From Sedimentisphaerales bacterium (GTDB lineage Bacteria; Planctomycetota; Phycisphaerae; Sedimentisphaerales; Anaerobacaceae), in NCBI GenBank assembly GCA_963708075.1, contig OY970194.1, positions 6,880,001-6,944,000 of the forward strand: a stretch of 64,000 nucleotides of DNA, in the 5' to 3' direction. Each line of letters starts with the position of its first letter. The first letter of the stretch is position 1. A program made the translations under genes and the position numbers. Under the pieces are notes generated by a model. The model was not told the DNA's origin. It made no database searches and saw only the letters and a list, made by a program, of their open reading frames with translations. Below, one piece after another: positions 38,024-49,315 of this stretch.

Positions 38024-40606
38024 ATGGCACGGATAAGTCTTAAAGACAGATTGAAGGAAGGGGCCGGTTTCGCAGTTTTGGCGGAGTTGACGGGCGGGCC
38101 GGGGTTCAGCTTTGAGCCCATCGAGAGATTTCTCGAAGCGTACCGGCAGGCGGCCTCGGGCGGCCAAGGCGCACTTCCGGCGGGTTTCGATCTCGCCGGC
38201 GTCACGCTGCCGCAGAGTCCGGGCGGCGTAGCCAATATCGAGCCGGGCAGTGTCATCAGCGTCGTGCAGGCGAAGGGCCTTCTGGAAGGGCTTGACGTTG
38301 TCCCTCACGTCACCTGCAAGGACATGAACGCCGACGCCATCGTCAGCTCGCTCGTAAGCCTGCGGAAAATGGGCGTTCGCAGCGTGCTGGCGCTGACGGG
38401 CGACAAGCCGGTCAAGGCACAGGGGGTCTTTGAGCTGGAGTCGCTCGGCCTGCTGCGGCTGATCAAGCGGATCAACCACGAGGCGTACATCCAGGCCAAG
38501 CCGCAAGCGCTGGCCGACACGCACCAATTCTTCGCGGGGGCGGCCGTCTCGCCGTTCAAGTACTCCGAAGCGTCGCAGATGCAGCAGTACTATAAAATGG
38601 AAAAGAAGATCGCCTGCGGCGCCGAGTTCCTCATCACCCAGGTTGGCTGGGATTGGCGAAAGTCGCTCGAATTGTTCACCTACATGCGCGAGAACGGCCT
38701 GAGTGTGCCGGTGCTCGGCAACGTGTACTTGCTCAGCACACTGACGCCGGCCCCGCGGCTCATGCACGATATCAAGCTGCCCGGCTGCTTCGTCAGCGAC
38801 GAGTTGCTGGCCAAGGTCAACTCCGAGCGTGTTGACGATCACCTGGAGCGGGCGGCTCAGCAGGTGGCGATGTACAAGGCGATGGGCGCTTTCGGCGTCG
38901 ATCTCGGCGGCGTGCCCAGCTTTGAGCTGTTCAGTCGAATCCTGCACCGTGCCGCGGAGATCGGCCGCAATTGGGAGCAGTTCAAGGACAACCTCTGCTG
39001 GCCGCCGCGAATGCGGAGTGCGGAGTGCGGAGTGCGGAATAGCGGCCCGGAAACCCATCCGAAATCCCAGGAGGTATTCTACCTCTATGACGAGTCCGGC
39101 GCGAGGGCGGTGCTCTCGACCCCGCGGCCGACGTGCGGGAAACGCTTCTTCGATCTTATGCATCGGGCGATTCTGGACCCGAAGCACACCGGTTTCCATG
39201 CGTTCAGGAGGACAATGGCTTTCCTGGGCGCCAATAAGGGCAAAGGGGCGATCTACAAGCTGTTCAACAGCAGCGAAAAGGGCTTCAAGTACCAGCTGTT
39301 CGACTGCGAGGAATGCGGCGACTGTTTCCTGCCGGAGAATTTCAGTCTGTGCACGATCGGCGGCTGCGAGAAGGGGATGGACAACGCCCCGTGCGGCGAC
39401 GCGACCGTGGACGGCCGCTGCGGGAACAATCTTGACCGTGTCTGCATCGGCGAGCGAATCTATCAGGCGGCCGCGTCCGAAGACCTGAAATCTCAAATCT
39501 CAGATTCCGGAATTCTCGATTCTCGCGGGCGCGAGCGGCTGCGGACCACGATCAACAAGCCGCGAAACCCGGCCCTGCAGCATACGTCATCCATCATCAA
39601 CTACCTGTTCGCAAAGGACCACACGATGAGGAGTCCGCTGATCTCCATTGGCGAGGCGATCCACGCCTCGATCCCCAAGACCGGCAAGATCATGAAGCAG
39701 TTGCACGATCTCGGTCGCGACGCCTATTCGAAACCGAGCGAGCCGCTTGAATACATCAAGGCTCTGATCGAGACGCAGGCCGACGAAGGGGCAGACTACA
39801 TCGCCGTCAATCTCGACGCGTTCGGCGAGGACAATCCGCAGCAGGCGGTGGATATGATGGTCGAGTACGTCCGGCTTGTCCGCCAATTCAGCCACGGCGT
39901 GCCCATCTGCCTCGACAGCAGCAACGACAACGTCCTGATCGCCGGCCTCAAGGAGTGGTACGGCAGCAAATCTCAAATCTCAGATTCAAAATCTGAAAGC
40001 CGACCCCCTCTTCTCAACTCCATCAAGATCTACACGATGGACAAGATGCTGCCGCTGAAGAGAGATCACGACTTCTCCTTCATCGGCCTGCTCGTCAGCG
40101 AGGACAAGCCGATAGGCCCCGGCGGGTCGCACTCCGTCGATGAGCTTTACGGCCTGGCGAAGAAGATCTTCGAGCGGGCCGTCGGCCAGTACGGTTTTCG
40201 GCCGGAGCAGATATTCTTCGACTCGACGGTCTTTCCGCTGGCCATCGACATGCCGATGGAGCCGGGTGTCCCCGGGTACACATACCGCACATTCGAGACC
40301 ATCAAGAAGATCAAGAGCGATCCGGCGATGAAGGGCGTGCACTGCTCGCTGGGCATCAGCAATAGCGTACGCGATCTGCCCGCCCGCAAGATCGGCGTCT
40401 GCCGGGCCTACGTGGCCAAAGCCATGGAGTACGGCCTCGACGCCGGCATCGTCAACACCTCGCATCAATACGGCTCCGTCGAGGCCCCGCCCGAGCTGCT
40501 CGAACTCGTCGCCGTCTACGCCCGCATGGACGGTTCCATGGAGAAGATGAGCAAAGCCATGGAGCTGATGGGCCAGTTCTGCCGCGAGAACCGCAAGGCA
40601 ACCTGA
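38024..40606 (+). CDS. Methylenetetrahydrofolate reductase + MTHFR_C (MetV-like) + pterin-binding domain fusion
   Basis: PHVTCKD.N, LALTGD, GAEFLITQ; CEECGDC...CEKGMDNAPCG...C; IGE.IH, CLDSS, LLNSI, SLGISN, GLDAGI. Confidence 0.85.
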   Translation: MARISLKDRLKEGAGFAVLAELTGGPGFSFEPIERFLEAYRQAASGGQGALPAGFDLAGVTLPQSPGGVANIEPGSVISVVQAKGLLEGLDVVPHVTCKDMNADAIVSSLVSLRKMGVRSVLALTGDKPVKAQGVFELESLGLLRLIKRINHEAYIQAKPQALADTHQFFAGAAVSPFKYSEASQMQQYYKMEKKIACGAEFLITQVGWDWRKSLELFTYMRENGLSVPVLGNVYLLSTLTPAPRLMHDIKLPGCFVSDELLAKVNSERVDDHLERAAQQVAMYKAMGAFGVDLGGVPSFELFSRILHRAAEIGRNWEQFKDNLCWPPRMRSAECGVRNSGPETHPKSQEVFYLYDESGARAVLSTPRPTCGKRFFDLMHRAILDPKHTGFHAFRRTMAFLGANKGKGAIYKLFNSSEKGFKYQLFDCEECGDCFLPENFSLCTIGGCEKGMDNAPCGDATVDGRCGNNLDRVCIGERIYQAAASEDLKSQISDSGILDSRGRERLRTTINKPRNPALQHTSSIINYLFAKDHTMRSPLISIGEAIHASIPKTGKIMKQLHDLGRDAYSKPSEPLEYIKALIETQADEGADYIAVNLDAFGEDNPQQAVDMMVEYVRLVRQFSHGVPICLDSSNDNVLIAGLKEWYGSKSQISDSKSESRPPLLNSIKIYTMDKMLPLKRDHDFSFIGLLVSEDKPIGPGGSHSVDELYGLAKKIFERAVGQYGFRPEQIFFDSTVFPLAIDMPMEPGVPGYTYRTFETIKKIKSDPAMKGVHCSLGISNSVRDLPARKIGVCRAYVAKAMEYGLDAGIVNTSHQYGSVEAPPELLELVAVYARMDGSMEKMSKAMELMGQFCRENRKAT

Positions 40607-40662
40607 CCGGAGCATACCGGTACGTCGTGCTTCTTAATGTCTGACGATGAGGACATACAGGC

Positions 40663-41577
40663 ATGTACTTGGCTGAACTACATGGCAAACTCTCTTCGAG
40701 GGTAGAGAGAGCAGAAGACATCCTTACATCAAATGTCTTCTCTTTCTTCAAGTACTGCAATCGGACTGTGTTCCTGCGACAGTATCTAATCCTGCTCGGC
40801 TTCAATGTTTCTGAAGACGAGGCCAATGATGCCGAATTCACGTTCTGGCCTCGATTTGATGAGAATACTGAGCCGGATTTGGTGATTCGGGTTGGAGGTC
40901 GTTATCTCCTGTTTGAGGCAAAGTACCGCTCAGGATTTGGAGAGGCGAGCCGCACGAGTGACGCACAGCTTGTGCGCGAAATGAAAGGTGGCATGCTGGA
41001 AGCTGGCAACGACGGCAGACACTTCTCCTTGGTAGCGATCACAGCGGATTACTTCTTCAGACCAGACAAGTTCACATGCATACTACCAAAGCACCAAGAC
41101 ACATTTAGATGGACCAGTTGGCAGAAGGTAGCCGCGCTCCTTTACCATGTCCTTGAGAGTGATATTCAATTAGACAACCATGAGAGAGGATTTGCAGAGG
41201 ATCTTTACGACCTGCTATGTAAGAAGAACCTGCGAGTTTATGGAGGTGTTCGAGCATTCGCGAACGCCCGATACAAACCCATGGCATATGATACTGTCTT
41301 CTTTGATGCTGCAACAGCAGCATTCCGAGGGGATTTCGTTGGGTTTTCCAAGAGTCTGTCTTACGAGTCCAGGCTGATACCTCCATCTATCTCGATATTT
41401 CTGAACACAGAGATTGCATCGCATCGTCCCGACAGCCATCCTCGGATAGGTCCCAAGGACAGGACGCAACATCGAGCATCCGCCCATCGGGTACTCTTCA
41501 GGTCTGTCCTGGACAGAGATATTCAGCGCACAACGAGTCCATCCATTTTCTTCAGGAGAGACGCACGTGGAGAATAG
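40663..41577 (+). CDS. PD-(D/E)XK nuclease-like protein
   Basis: EDILTSNVF, TEPDLVI...LFEAKY.SG, QL.RE; AT-richer. Confidence 0.7.
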   Translation: MYLAELHGKLSSRVERAEDILTSNVFSFFKYCNRTVFLRQYLILLGFNVSEDEANDAEFTFWPRFDENTEPDLVIRVGGRYLLFEAKYRSGFGEASRTSDAQLVREMKGGMLEAGNDGRHFSLVAITADYFFRPDKFTCILPKHQDTFRWTSWQKVAALLYHVLESDIQLDNHERGFAEDLYDLLCKKNLRVYGGVRAFANARYKPMAYDTVFFDAATAAFRGDFVGFSKSLSYESRLIPPSISIFLNTEIASHRPDSHPRIGPKDRTQHRASAHRVLFRSVLDRDIQRTTSPSIFFRRDARGE

Positions 41578-42168
41578 ACCGCAGATCGTACAGCAGTGTC
41601 AGTACGCATTTGAGTTCATTCAGAAGCTGTTCCTGGAAGTCTCATACCTGGTAAAGGAGGTTGAAGGGCTGCTTCTGGAAGAGGACTTTGTGATCGGCAG
41701 GCCCTCGGGTTATCAGATTAGCTCAAGGGGCTCATCTGGCCTTGAACCCGTGCATGTGAACATGTGGTTACTCCGGAAGTTTGCCGTCTTTTTTGCGCAA
41801 GCGACACGATCGCCACAGACAAGGGGCAGACGAGACTGTCAATCGAGAATCCAACAAAGGTGGTCTATCTGAGAGTGATCTTGCGCGACGAGAAGCTGGC
41901 AGAGCCCACGGTTTATGCAGGTGCATTGTACAACATCCAAAAGGCTCCTGATACAGGGTGGCCTACGAAGTTCGAGCAGGCAATGCAGCATATTGAATAC
42001 AATGATGAGAAGATATTCAAAGGGGACCTGCGCAGACTGGAGTATCGCGATTCGAAGATCATGTTGAGGGGTGACTTGCTTAGCATGCCCCTGTTCGACA
42101 TAAATGACAGCGAAGCTATCGTAGAGAAGCTTGTCAAGCCGTGCCTTGAGTTGCATAAGCAGCACTGA
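41567..42168 (+). CDS. Hypothetical protein, frameshifted near 41800
   Basis: Two overlapping ORFs 41567-41872 and 41764-42168 of the same composition. Confidence 0.55.
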
Positions 42169-42443
42169 GCAACTGCTATAAGGCGCGATGGGAAAATCGG
42201 CCCTCTGAAATCTTGGTAGTTCCTCGACTTCCATGCGCGTGCGTAGGAACGACATCTCGTGGATCTCAGGAGACGCATTTCCGTTGGCCGACTATGGGCC
42301 GATCTGGGGGGCTTGCAGGGTGCGGGCTTGTCGGTGAAGACGCCGGGCTGGTATGTCAATGACGGATGGACACAGTCGGCCTGGCGTTTCAACGAGCACT
42401 TGGTAACACTTGCCCCGTTTGACCGTCTTTACTGTGACGAGTC

Positions 42444-44768
42444 AATGAGAGTTGTTCGTGTGAGGAGCAGAACTGTGGTCCAGTTGCTGGCGTCGACGCC
42501 CGGAAGCATGCTTGTATCCGCATCTATTGTCTTGGTTTGCCTCGGGTCTGCTTTGGGGCAGAATGCTTCGTTCACGAATCCTGATTTTGAGGAGGGCGAG
42601 CCGGGGCAAGCGCCAAGCGGCTGGATGGTCCCGAAGATGCTGGCGGACCAGGGATTCACGGCGGTGCTGACAGCACAGGGACCTCAGTCCGGCAAGCTCT
42701 GCGCGGAGATCCGCTGGCCGACGCGCGGGACGCCGACGGTCCCGTTTGCGAACCTCATGCAATCGATTGACGCTGCGCCTGGCGGGGCAAGCAGATCAAG
42801 GTCACAGCAGCCATTCGGGTCGCCTCGGCCGAGAGCGGCAAACGTGCCCAGATGTGGCTGCGCGTGGACCGCGCGGGCGGCATGGGAGCGTTCGACAACA
42901 TGGGCAACCGCCCCGTGCGAGGGCAAACCTGGGCCGATTATTCGATCACTGCCGAGATCGCAGATGATGCACAAAAGATCAACCTCGGACTGATGACTTT
43001 CAACGGCGTGACGGCGTGGTGGGACAACATCCGGATGGAAGTCGTCGGCGAGTTCACAACGCTCAAGGACCCGCCGCGACCGCTGGAGGATGCAGGCCTG
43101 GGCAATCTCGTGGCCTTCACCCGCCTTCTGGGCTACGTGCGTCACTTCCATCCATCCGATGCAGCCGCAACCAGCGATTGGCTGCGGTTCGTTGTCCAGG
43201 CGTTGCCTGAGGTGGAGAATGCACGGGATTCCATCGCTCTGGCGACCGAGCTCCAGGCGGCGTTTCAGTCCATCGCTCCCACTGTCCGGGTATTCCAGAC
43301 CGGCAAGGAGCCGGCACTACCCGCGGAACTGCAGCCGCCGGCAGACAGCGATGGATTGAAGGTCCGCTTCTGGGAACATATCGGCTGTGGTCCCGCCGCG
43401 GGAGGAGTTGCCGGGAGCATCTATAGCAGTCAGCGGTTGACGGTGGATGCGCGGGACCCTGCTTCTCTGCCGCAGTATGCGCAACCGGCCAATGTCTTTC
43501 GTGCCGATCTCGGCGAGGGCGTGAGTTGCTGCGTGCCTGTCGCTCTCTTTGCGGATGCTGCGGGTACGTTGTCCCACCAGAAGCCGGACGCTCCGGCTAC
43601 GGACGCAAGCCAGACGCGATTCTCTGTCGCACATCGAGGTGCACGCCTGGCGATGGTGATGCTGACTTGGAACATACTCCAGCATTTCTATCCGTACTTC
43701 GATGTCGTGGGAACGGATTGGGGCAAGGAACTGGAGATCGCGTTGCGGGCCGCTGCTACCGACGCGGATGATGCCGCCTTCTACGGGACGCTCAATCGGC
43801 TGGTTGTGCAACTGCATGACGGCCACGGCAGTCTAAGCGGACCGGGGATACCGCTAGTGGCACCCTTGCAGGCAAGAGTCGAGTTGATCGAGGATCAGAT
43901 CGTGGTGACTGGCGTGCCGTCGGAAACGCCGGACCTGAAGGCGGGCGACGTGGTGGAGCGGATCGGGGGCCGTCCTGCGCGGGAGGTCTTCGACGAGATT
44001 GCCGGCGAGATTTCAGCCGCGACGCCGCAATGGAGGAACTGGAAGGCGGCCCAGCAATTCGGCCCGAGGCCGCCGGCAAGCACAGCAACGCTGGAAGTCC
44101 GGGGCACCGACGGCCAGATCCGCACGGCGAAAGTGGCATGCGGAGGTTCAAAGGCAGACGACGCGATCCGCCGCTTGCCCAAGCTGCATGAGATCAAGCC
44201 CGGCATCTGGTATGTCGATGTCACCCGACTGACGGACGCCGAATTCAACGCGGCCCTTCCGGACCTGGCGAAGGCCGGGGGCCTCGTCTTCGAAATGCGA
44301 GGCTACCCCGCGGGGCACCAGTGGCTCGGCCACCTCAGCTCCAGGAAGCTCGAATCGGCTCTCTGGAACGTGCCCAAGTTACATCGTCCGGACCGTACGG
44401 ACGTGGAATGGATCATGACTGGCCGCTGGAATCTCGACGTGAAGCAGCCGCAACTGACCACAAACCGGGCATTCCTCACGGACGGCTCGGCGATCAGCTA
44501 TGCGGAGAGCGTGATGGGAATCGTCGAAGCCTACAAGCTCGGCGAGATCGTGGGCGGTCCCACCGCCGGCACCAACGGCAACGTCAATCCGACCGAGTTA
44601 CCGCTCGGCTATCGCGTCTGGTGGACCGGCATGAAAGTCCTCAAGCACGACGGCAGCCGGCATCACGGCGTAGGCATTCAGCCGACCGTTCCTGTCTCCA
44701 AGACCATCCAGGGCATTCGCGAGGGTCGCGACGAGCAATTGGATCGAGCCCTGAGCCTGCTGAAATGA
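42444..44768 (+). CDS. S41 family peptidase with N-terminal carbohydrate-binding-like domain, frameshifted near 42780
   Basis: NPDFEEG domain; L.DGH, PDZ-like, MRGYP, SAISYAES, TAGTNGN, GVGIQP; start uncertain. Confidence 0.8.
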
Positions 44769-44778
44769 GCCATCTGCA

Positions 44779-45812
44779 TCACAGCCACAGGGTGGCGAGG
44801 GTGAAGTAGAACAGCAGGGTGAGGATGTCGGTCAGGGCGAAGGTGAGGGGGCCGGCGGCGATTTTCGGGTCCAGGCGCAGGGCGTGCAGCAGGGTCGGTA
44901 TGGTCAAGCCGGAGACGCACGCGGAGCACAGTGACAGCACGATACTGCCTCCGATGACCAGCGCGGGGGCCGCCTCCTGCCGCCATAGCCCGGCGATCAG
45001 GGCCACTATGCTGCCGCAGGAGACTCCAAGGAGGACCGCCGTCTTCAACTCCCGGCGAAGCGTTCTGATGTACCAGCGCAGGGTCGGCCGGGCGGCGCCA
45101 AGGCCTGGATCGTCACGGCCATGGACTGGCTACTCACGCTCTCGCCGAGGCCCAGGATCAGCGTGATGAAGAATGCCAGCACGAGGCTCTGTGCCAGCGT
45201 CGCCTCGAATGCACCCGCCAGCAGGGCACAGAAGATACCGCTGGTGATCGTCGCCAGGAGCCAGGGGAATCGGAATCGGAACACGCGGACCGGCGAGGCG
45301 TCGCGGACCTGGGCCACGCGAAAGCCGATGAGCTCGAAGACCTCGTTGGTCTTCTGCCGCTCGGCGATATCGAAGACCTCATCCGTGAACATGCTCACGT
45401 CCACGATGCCCACCATATGCTGCTGATCATCGACGACCGGGAAGGCGAGAAACCTGTACATGACGAAGAACTCGCAGGCGTCGAGAAGGGAAGCCGTGTC
45501 GGGGATGGTGACCACGTGGCGAATCATGATATCCGAGAGGCATTGCTGCAGGTTCGCCGTGAGGAGCTGGCGCGTGGGCACCACGCCCACGAGGCGATCC
45601 TGCTCATCCACGATGTAGAAGTAGACGATCCGTTCGCCGTTTTCATGGTCCGATGGCGCCGGTTCGCCGGAGTCCGCCGCCTCACGGGCGTGGCTGCCGC
45701 TTCGAATCGCATCGAGGGCCTGCTGGACCGTCAGGTCTTGCCGCAGGACGATGAAGTCCTTGCGTGCGACGGTCGCCACGGGCCGATCAGAATGTGCCAG
45801 GCTCTGAATCAT
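44779..45812 (-). CDS. mgtE: Magnesium transporter, frameshifted near 45095
   Basis: CBS pair, R.RFPWL, LDPKIAAGP....LTD. Confidence 0.85.
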
Positions 45813-46373
45813 GTCAAACGATCTACTTCCTTTATCGGAGGGCGGCCGTGCAAAACTTGGAAAATCCCCGTGCACCGGGCATGGGCATGGTCGGCAATCG
45901 GTGGCGGATTCAGGGCTCAACGTAGGACGAGCGTCCTCGCTCGTCCCTCTTGGGCTGTGGCCCTGCACAGCATCCGATTCACGGCAAGGGCCCGGGATGG
46001 TCGTGCGGGGACGCACGACCTACGAAGAGGCTCGCCGCTTACCACCATATTCCGACCGAACCGCCAGGCGTTCACACCGACCCTTACGACTTGGGGCACG
46101 CGATGTGCGGCCTGTCGGGGCTTTGATTTTGGAAGGGCCGGACTGTAGAATTGTGGAGTCGTTGTCTGGACGGGGGAGTTTTTGGTTGGATGTCCGGATT
46201 TTTTGAAGAAACCGGCCCTGTCGGGAGTCTGTTTAGGAGAATGCCAGGGATCAAGGCTGGGCAGTCGTCAGTTGTCAGCCACCAGTGGCCCGGGCTGCTC
46301 AACGTTTCGCTGAGGACCGACAACTGACAACTGGGAACCAGGACGGTTTTTTGGCATTCTGAGGTGTTCAGAA

Positions 46374-47003
46374 GTGGGCACGGTATGCGAAGAAAACGCG
46401 GCGGCCTTGTGGGACTCCGGGCAGAGTCCGCGCGAGGCCTTTGAAGGCATTGTCAAAAGGCACATGAAAGATGCCTACTTCATCGCATTGGGCCTGGTCG
46501 GCAACCGTGAGGACGCTTTGGAGCTTTCACAGGAGGCGTTTTATCGGGCCTACAAACACTTCGATCAACTCAACTCCAAGGGCAAGTTCTTCCCCTGGTT
46601 CTACCAGATCCTGCGAAACCTGTGCTTCAGCCACCTTCGTAAGAGGCGCGTCCGGCGAGACTATCAAGTGCGGAATTCGGAATGCGGAGTGCGGAGTAAC
46701 GACTGCGAATCCAGCTCGCAATCGGAAATCCGCGATGCGCAATCAGACGAGATCGCCGATCATTTCGATCCGGAGATGGTTGCGGAGCGAAACGAAACTA
46801 AGGATCGCATCTGGCGGGCGATCGGCCAGCTCGATGAAAAGCACCGGGAGGTGATCGTGCTGCGGCATTTCCAGGACATGTCGTACGACGAGATGGCGCA
46901 GGTGCTCTTCTGTAATCGGGGGACGGTGACCAGCCGCCTGTTTTACGCCCGCCAGCGGCTCAAAGAAATACTGGACCATGAGAAAGGAGGTCAGGAACAA
47001 TGA
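46374..47003 (+). CDS. ECF RNA polymerase sigma factor
   Basis: DALELSQEAF, FFPWFYQI.RN, SYDEMA...GTVTSRL..AR. Confidence 0.92.
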   Translation: MGTVCEENAAALWDSGQSPREAFEGIVKRHMKDAYFIALGLVGNREDALELSQEAFYRAYKHFDQLNSKGKFFPWFYQILRNLCFSHLRKRRVRRDYQVRNSECGVRSNDCESSSQSEIRDAQSDEIADHFDPEMVAERNETKDRIWRAIGQLDEKHREVIVLRHFQDMSYDEMAQVLFCNRGTVTSRLFYARQRLKEILDHEKGGQEQ

Positions 47004-47446
47004 CCTGCCAGGATCACAAAGACCTCATGATGGCTTATTTGGATGACGAACTGGATGATGAGCAGAAGCGAGCCTTCGAGGCACATCTTGCCTCGTGCGG
47101 CGATTGTGCGAAGGATATGGAGGAATTCAAGAAGCTCAAACAGATGACGGATTGCGTAGCGTTTGCGGAGCCGGAGGACCGGATCTGGGACGAGTACTGG
47201 AATCACCTCTACAATCGGATCGAGCGAGGCGCGGGCTGGATCCTGTTCTCCGTGGCTGCGATTTCTCTGCTCCTCTATGGTGGTTTCGAGCTCATCGAGA
47301 CCATCATCGAAGATCGGACCGTTGGGGTCCTGGCCAAGGTCGGCCTGCTGGCTCTCATTGGCGGGCTGGCCATCCTGTTTGTCTCTGTATTGCGCGAGAG
47401 AGTTTACTTCTGGGGCAGGGACCGCTATAAAGATGTCAGGAGATGA
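47000..47446 (+). CDS. Zinc-finger (zf-HC2) anti-sigma factor
   Basis: YLDDEL, HLASCGDC, two TM helices. Confidence 0.9.
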   Translation: MTCQDHKDLMMAYLDDELDDEQKRAFEAHLASCGDCAKDMEEFKKLKQMTDCVAFAEPEDRIWDEYWNHLYNRIERGAGWILFSVAAISLLLYGGFELIETIIEDRTVGVLAKVGLLALIGGLAILFVSVLRERVYFWGRDRYKDVRR

Positions 47447-47450
47447 CACT

Positions 47451-47765
47451 ATGTTGTTGTCAACGACAGAATCGATACCGGGAAAGAAGGTCGTCAAGCA
47501 CCTCGGCTTAGTACGGGGCAACACGATCCGCGCCCGGCACGTCGGCAAAGACATCGTGGCGGGCCTGCGGAACCTCGTCGGCGGCGAGGTCGTCGAATAC
47601 ACCAAGCTGCTGGCCGAATCGCGCGAGCAGGCCATCGACCGGATGTGCGAGGAGGCGAAGAAGCTCGGGGCCAATGCGATCGTTGGAATGCGCTTCTCGA
47701 CGGCTGAGGTGATGACACATGCGGCCGAGATTCTCGCCTATGGCACCGCCGTGGTCGTCGAATAG
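47451..47765 (+). CDS. YbjQ/UPF0145 family protein
   Basis: LGLVRG, R.LVGGE...YT.LL.ESR, GANAIVG, AYGTAV. Confidence 0.92.
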   Translation: MLLSTTESIPGKKVVKHLGLVRGNTIRARHVGKDIVAGLRNLVGGEVVEYTKLLAESREQAIDRMCEEAKKLGANAIVGMRFSTAEVMTHAAEILAYGTAVVVE

Positions 47766-47847
47766 AAATCCTGCCTTGTCCCTGCTGACGCTGGAGACCA
47801 TCGCCAAGGGGATCGAAGTGCACGGCAAACAACAATGACAGAGGTGA

Positions 47848-48393
47848 ATGAACGTGGATGAAAAGCAGATCGATCCGGGGCATAGCTCCGCGCGAGATAC
47901 CCTGCGAATCGTTGGACCGGTGATTGCACTGGTGGGCCTGATCTTCATCATGGTGGGGACCGTGGATTTCTTCCGTGCCTTTGGCGGCGATGGGCCGCCG
48001 AAGCTGTTCTGGTGCCCATTCATCGGCATACCGTTGTTGTTCGTCGGCGGTGTCTTGAGCTCCTATGGCTACATGGGTAAAGTGGCACGCTACCAGGCCC
48101 AGGAGATGGCTCCCGTAGTGAAGGACACATTCAACTACGTGGCCGAGGGGACGAGCGAAGGGATCAAGACCGTCGCGGGCGCTATCGGACAAGGTCTTCG
48201 CGAAGGGGGCCTGGGCAGCGGCTCGCAAACGATGGTTCGCTGCCACAAGTGCAACGCCCTGGTTGGAGTCGATGCGAAGTTCTGCAGTCAGTGCGGCCAG
48301 GCAACGGGAAAGGCGAAAGCGTGCCCACAGTGCCGGGAGTTGAACGATCCGGACGCGGCATTCTGCGACAACTGCGGCTACAAGTACACCTAA
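47848..48393 (+). CDS. Membrane protein with double zinc-ribbon domain
   Basis: Two TM helices and four CxxC motifs. Confidence 0.85.
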   Translation: MNVDEKQIDPGHSSARDTLRIVGPVIALVGLIFIMVGTVDFFRAFGGDGPPKLFWCPFIGIPLLFVGGVLSSYGYMGKVARYQAQEMAPVVKDTFNYVAEGTSEGIKTVAGAIGQGLREGGLGSGSQTMVRCHKCNALVGVDAKFCSQCGQATGKAKACPQCRELNDPDAAFCDNCGYKYT

Positions 48394-49172
48394 AGCATGA
48401 GTAGGCTGACGGCCATCACGAGCATGCCGAGAACGATGCCGCTGATGACCAGGTGCCCGTGACCATAGCGATGAGCCATGGGCAGCAGCTCATCGAGAGA
48501 GATGTAGATCATGATGCCCGCCACGGCTGCCAGGATGCCCGCCAGCAGGCCGGGCGTCAGGAACGGCATCAGCAAAAGGTAGCCGAGCAGGGCCCCAACG
48601 GGCTCCGCCACGCCGGAGAGGAAGGAATAGAAGAACGCCTTGTTCTTGCTTTTCGTCGCGTAGAAGATCGGCACGGATACGGCGATTCCCTCAGGAATGT
48701 TGTGGATCGCGATGGCGATCGCAATGAAGGCCCCGACACGCACATTGCTCAAGGCGGAGGCGAACGTGGCCAGGCCTTCCGGCAGGTTATGGATCCCGAT
48801 TGCCAGCGCCGTCATGACCCCCATACGCATCAGTTGGCGGTCGTCATGCTCGAGTGCCTCGGGCGCGTCCAGTCCCTCGTAGTTATGCGGATTCTCCGGC
48901 TCCGGGACGAGCAGGTCCACCATCGCGATGAAAGCAATCCCGATGAAGAAGAAGAACACACCGGTCGCCTCTCCCACGCTGGCGATGGCGCTGGGAAGCA
49001 GCTCCATGAAGGAGACATACACCATCACACCCGCCGACAGGCCCAGCGAGAACGAGAGATAAACGACTCTGGGATGCCCGATGAAATAGGCGATGGCGCT
49101 GCCGATGCCGGTGGACAACCCCGCCAGCAGCGTCAGTCCCAGTGCCACACCTACATTCTGTGATCCATCCAT
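48390..49172 (-). CDS. zupT: ZIP-family zinc transporter
   Basis: AGVMVYVSF.E, HNLPEG, HNIPEG, SLDELLP. Confidence 0.92.
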   Translation of the reverse strand: MDGSQNVGVALGLTLLAGLSTGIGSAIAYFIGHPRVVYLSFSLGLSAGVMVYVSFMELLPSAIASVGEATGVFFFFIGIAFIAMVDLLVPEPENPHNYEGLDAPEALEHDDRQLMRMGVMTALAIGIHNLPEGLATFASALSNVRVGAFIAIAIAIHNIPEGIAVSVPIFYATKSKNKAFFYSFLSGVAEPVGALLGYLLLMPFLTPGLLAGILAAVAGIMIYISLDELLPMAHRYGHGHLVISGIVLGMLVMAVSLLML

Positions 49173-49315
49173 GTCAGCCTGTACGCAAGTTGCAGTGCGC
49201 GGTGCGTGATAACCCCGCCATCTTACTGCTTTCGTCACGTGCTATCATCGTTTAGGATAGCGTCACGTCGTCCCTGGAACAAGAACGTATTACCCACAGG
49301 TCACGGGGTGAGCAA

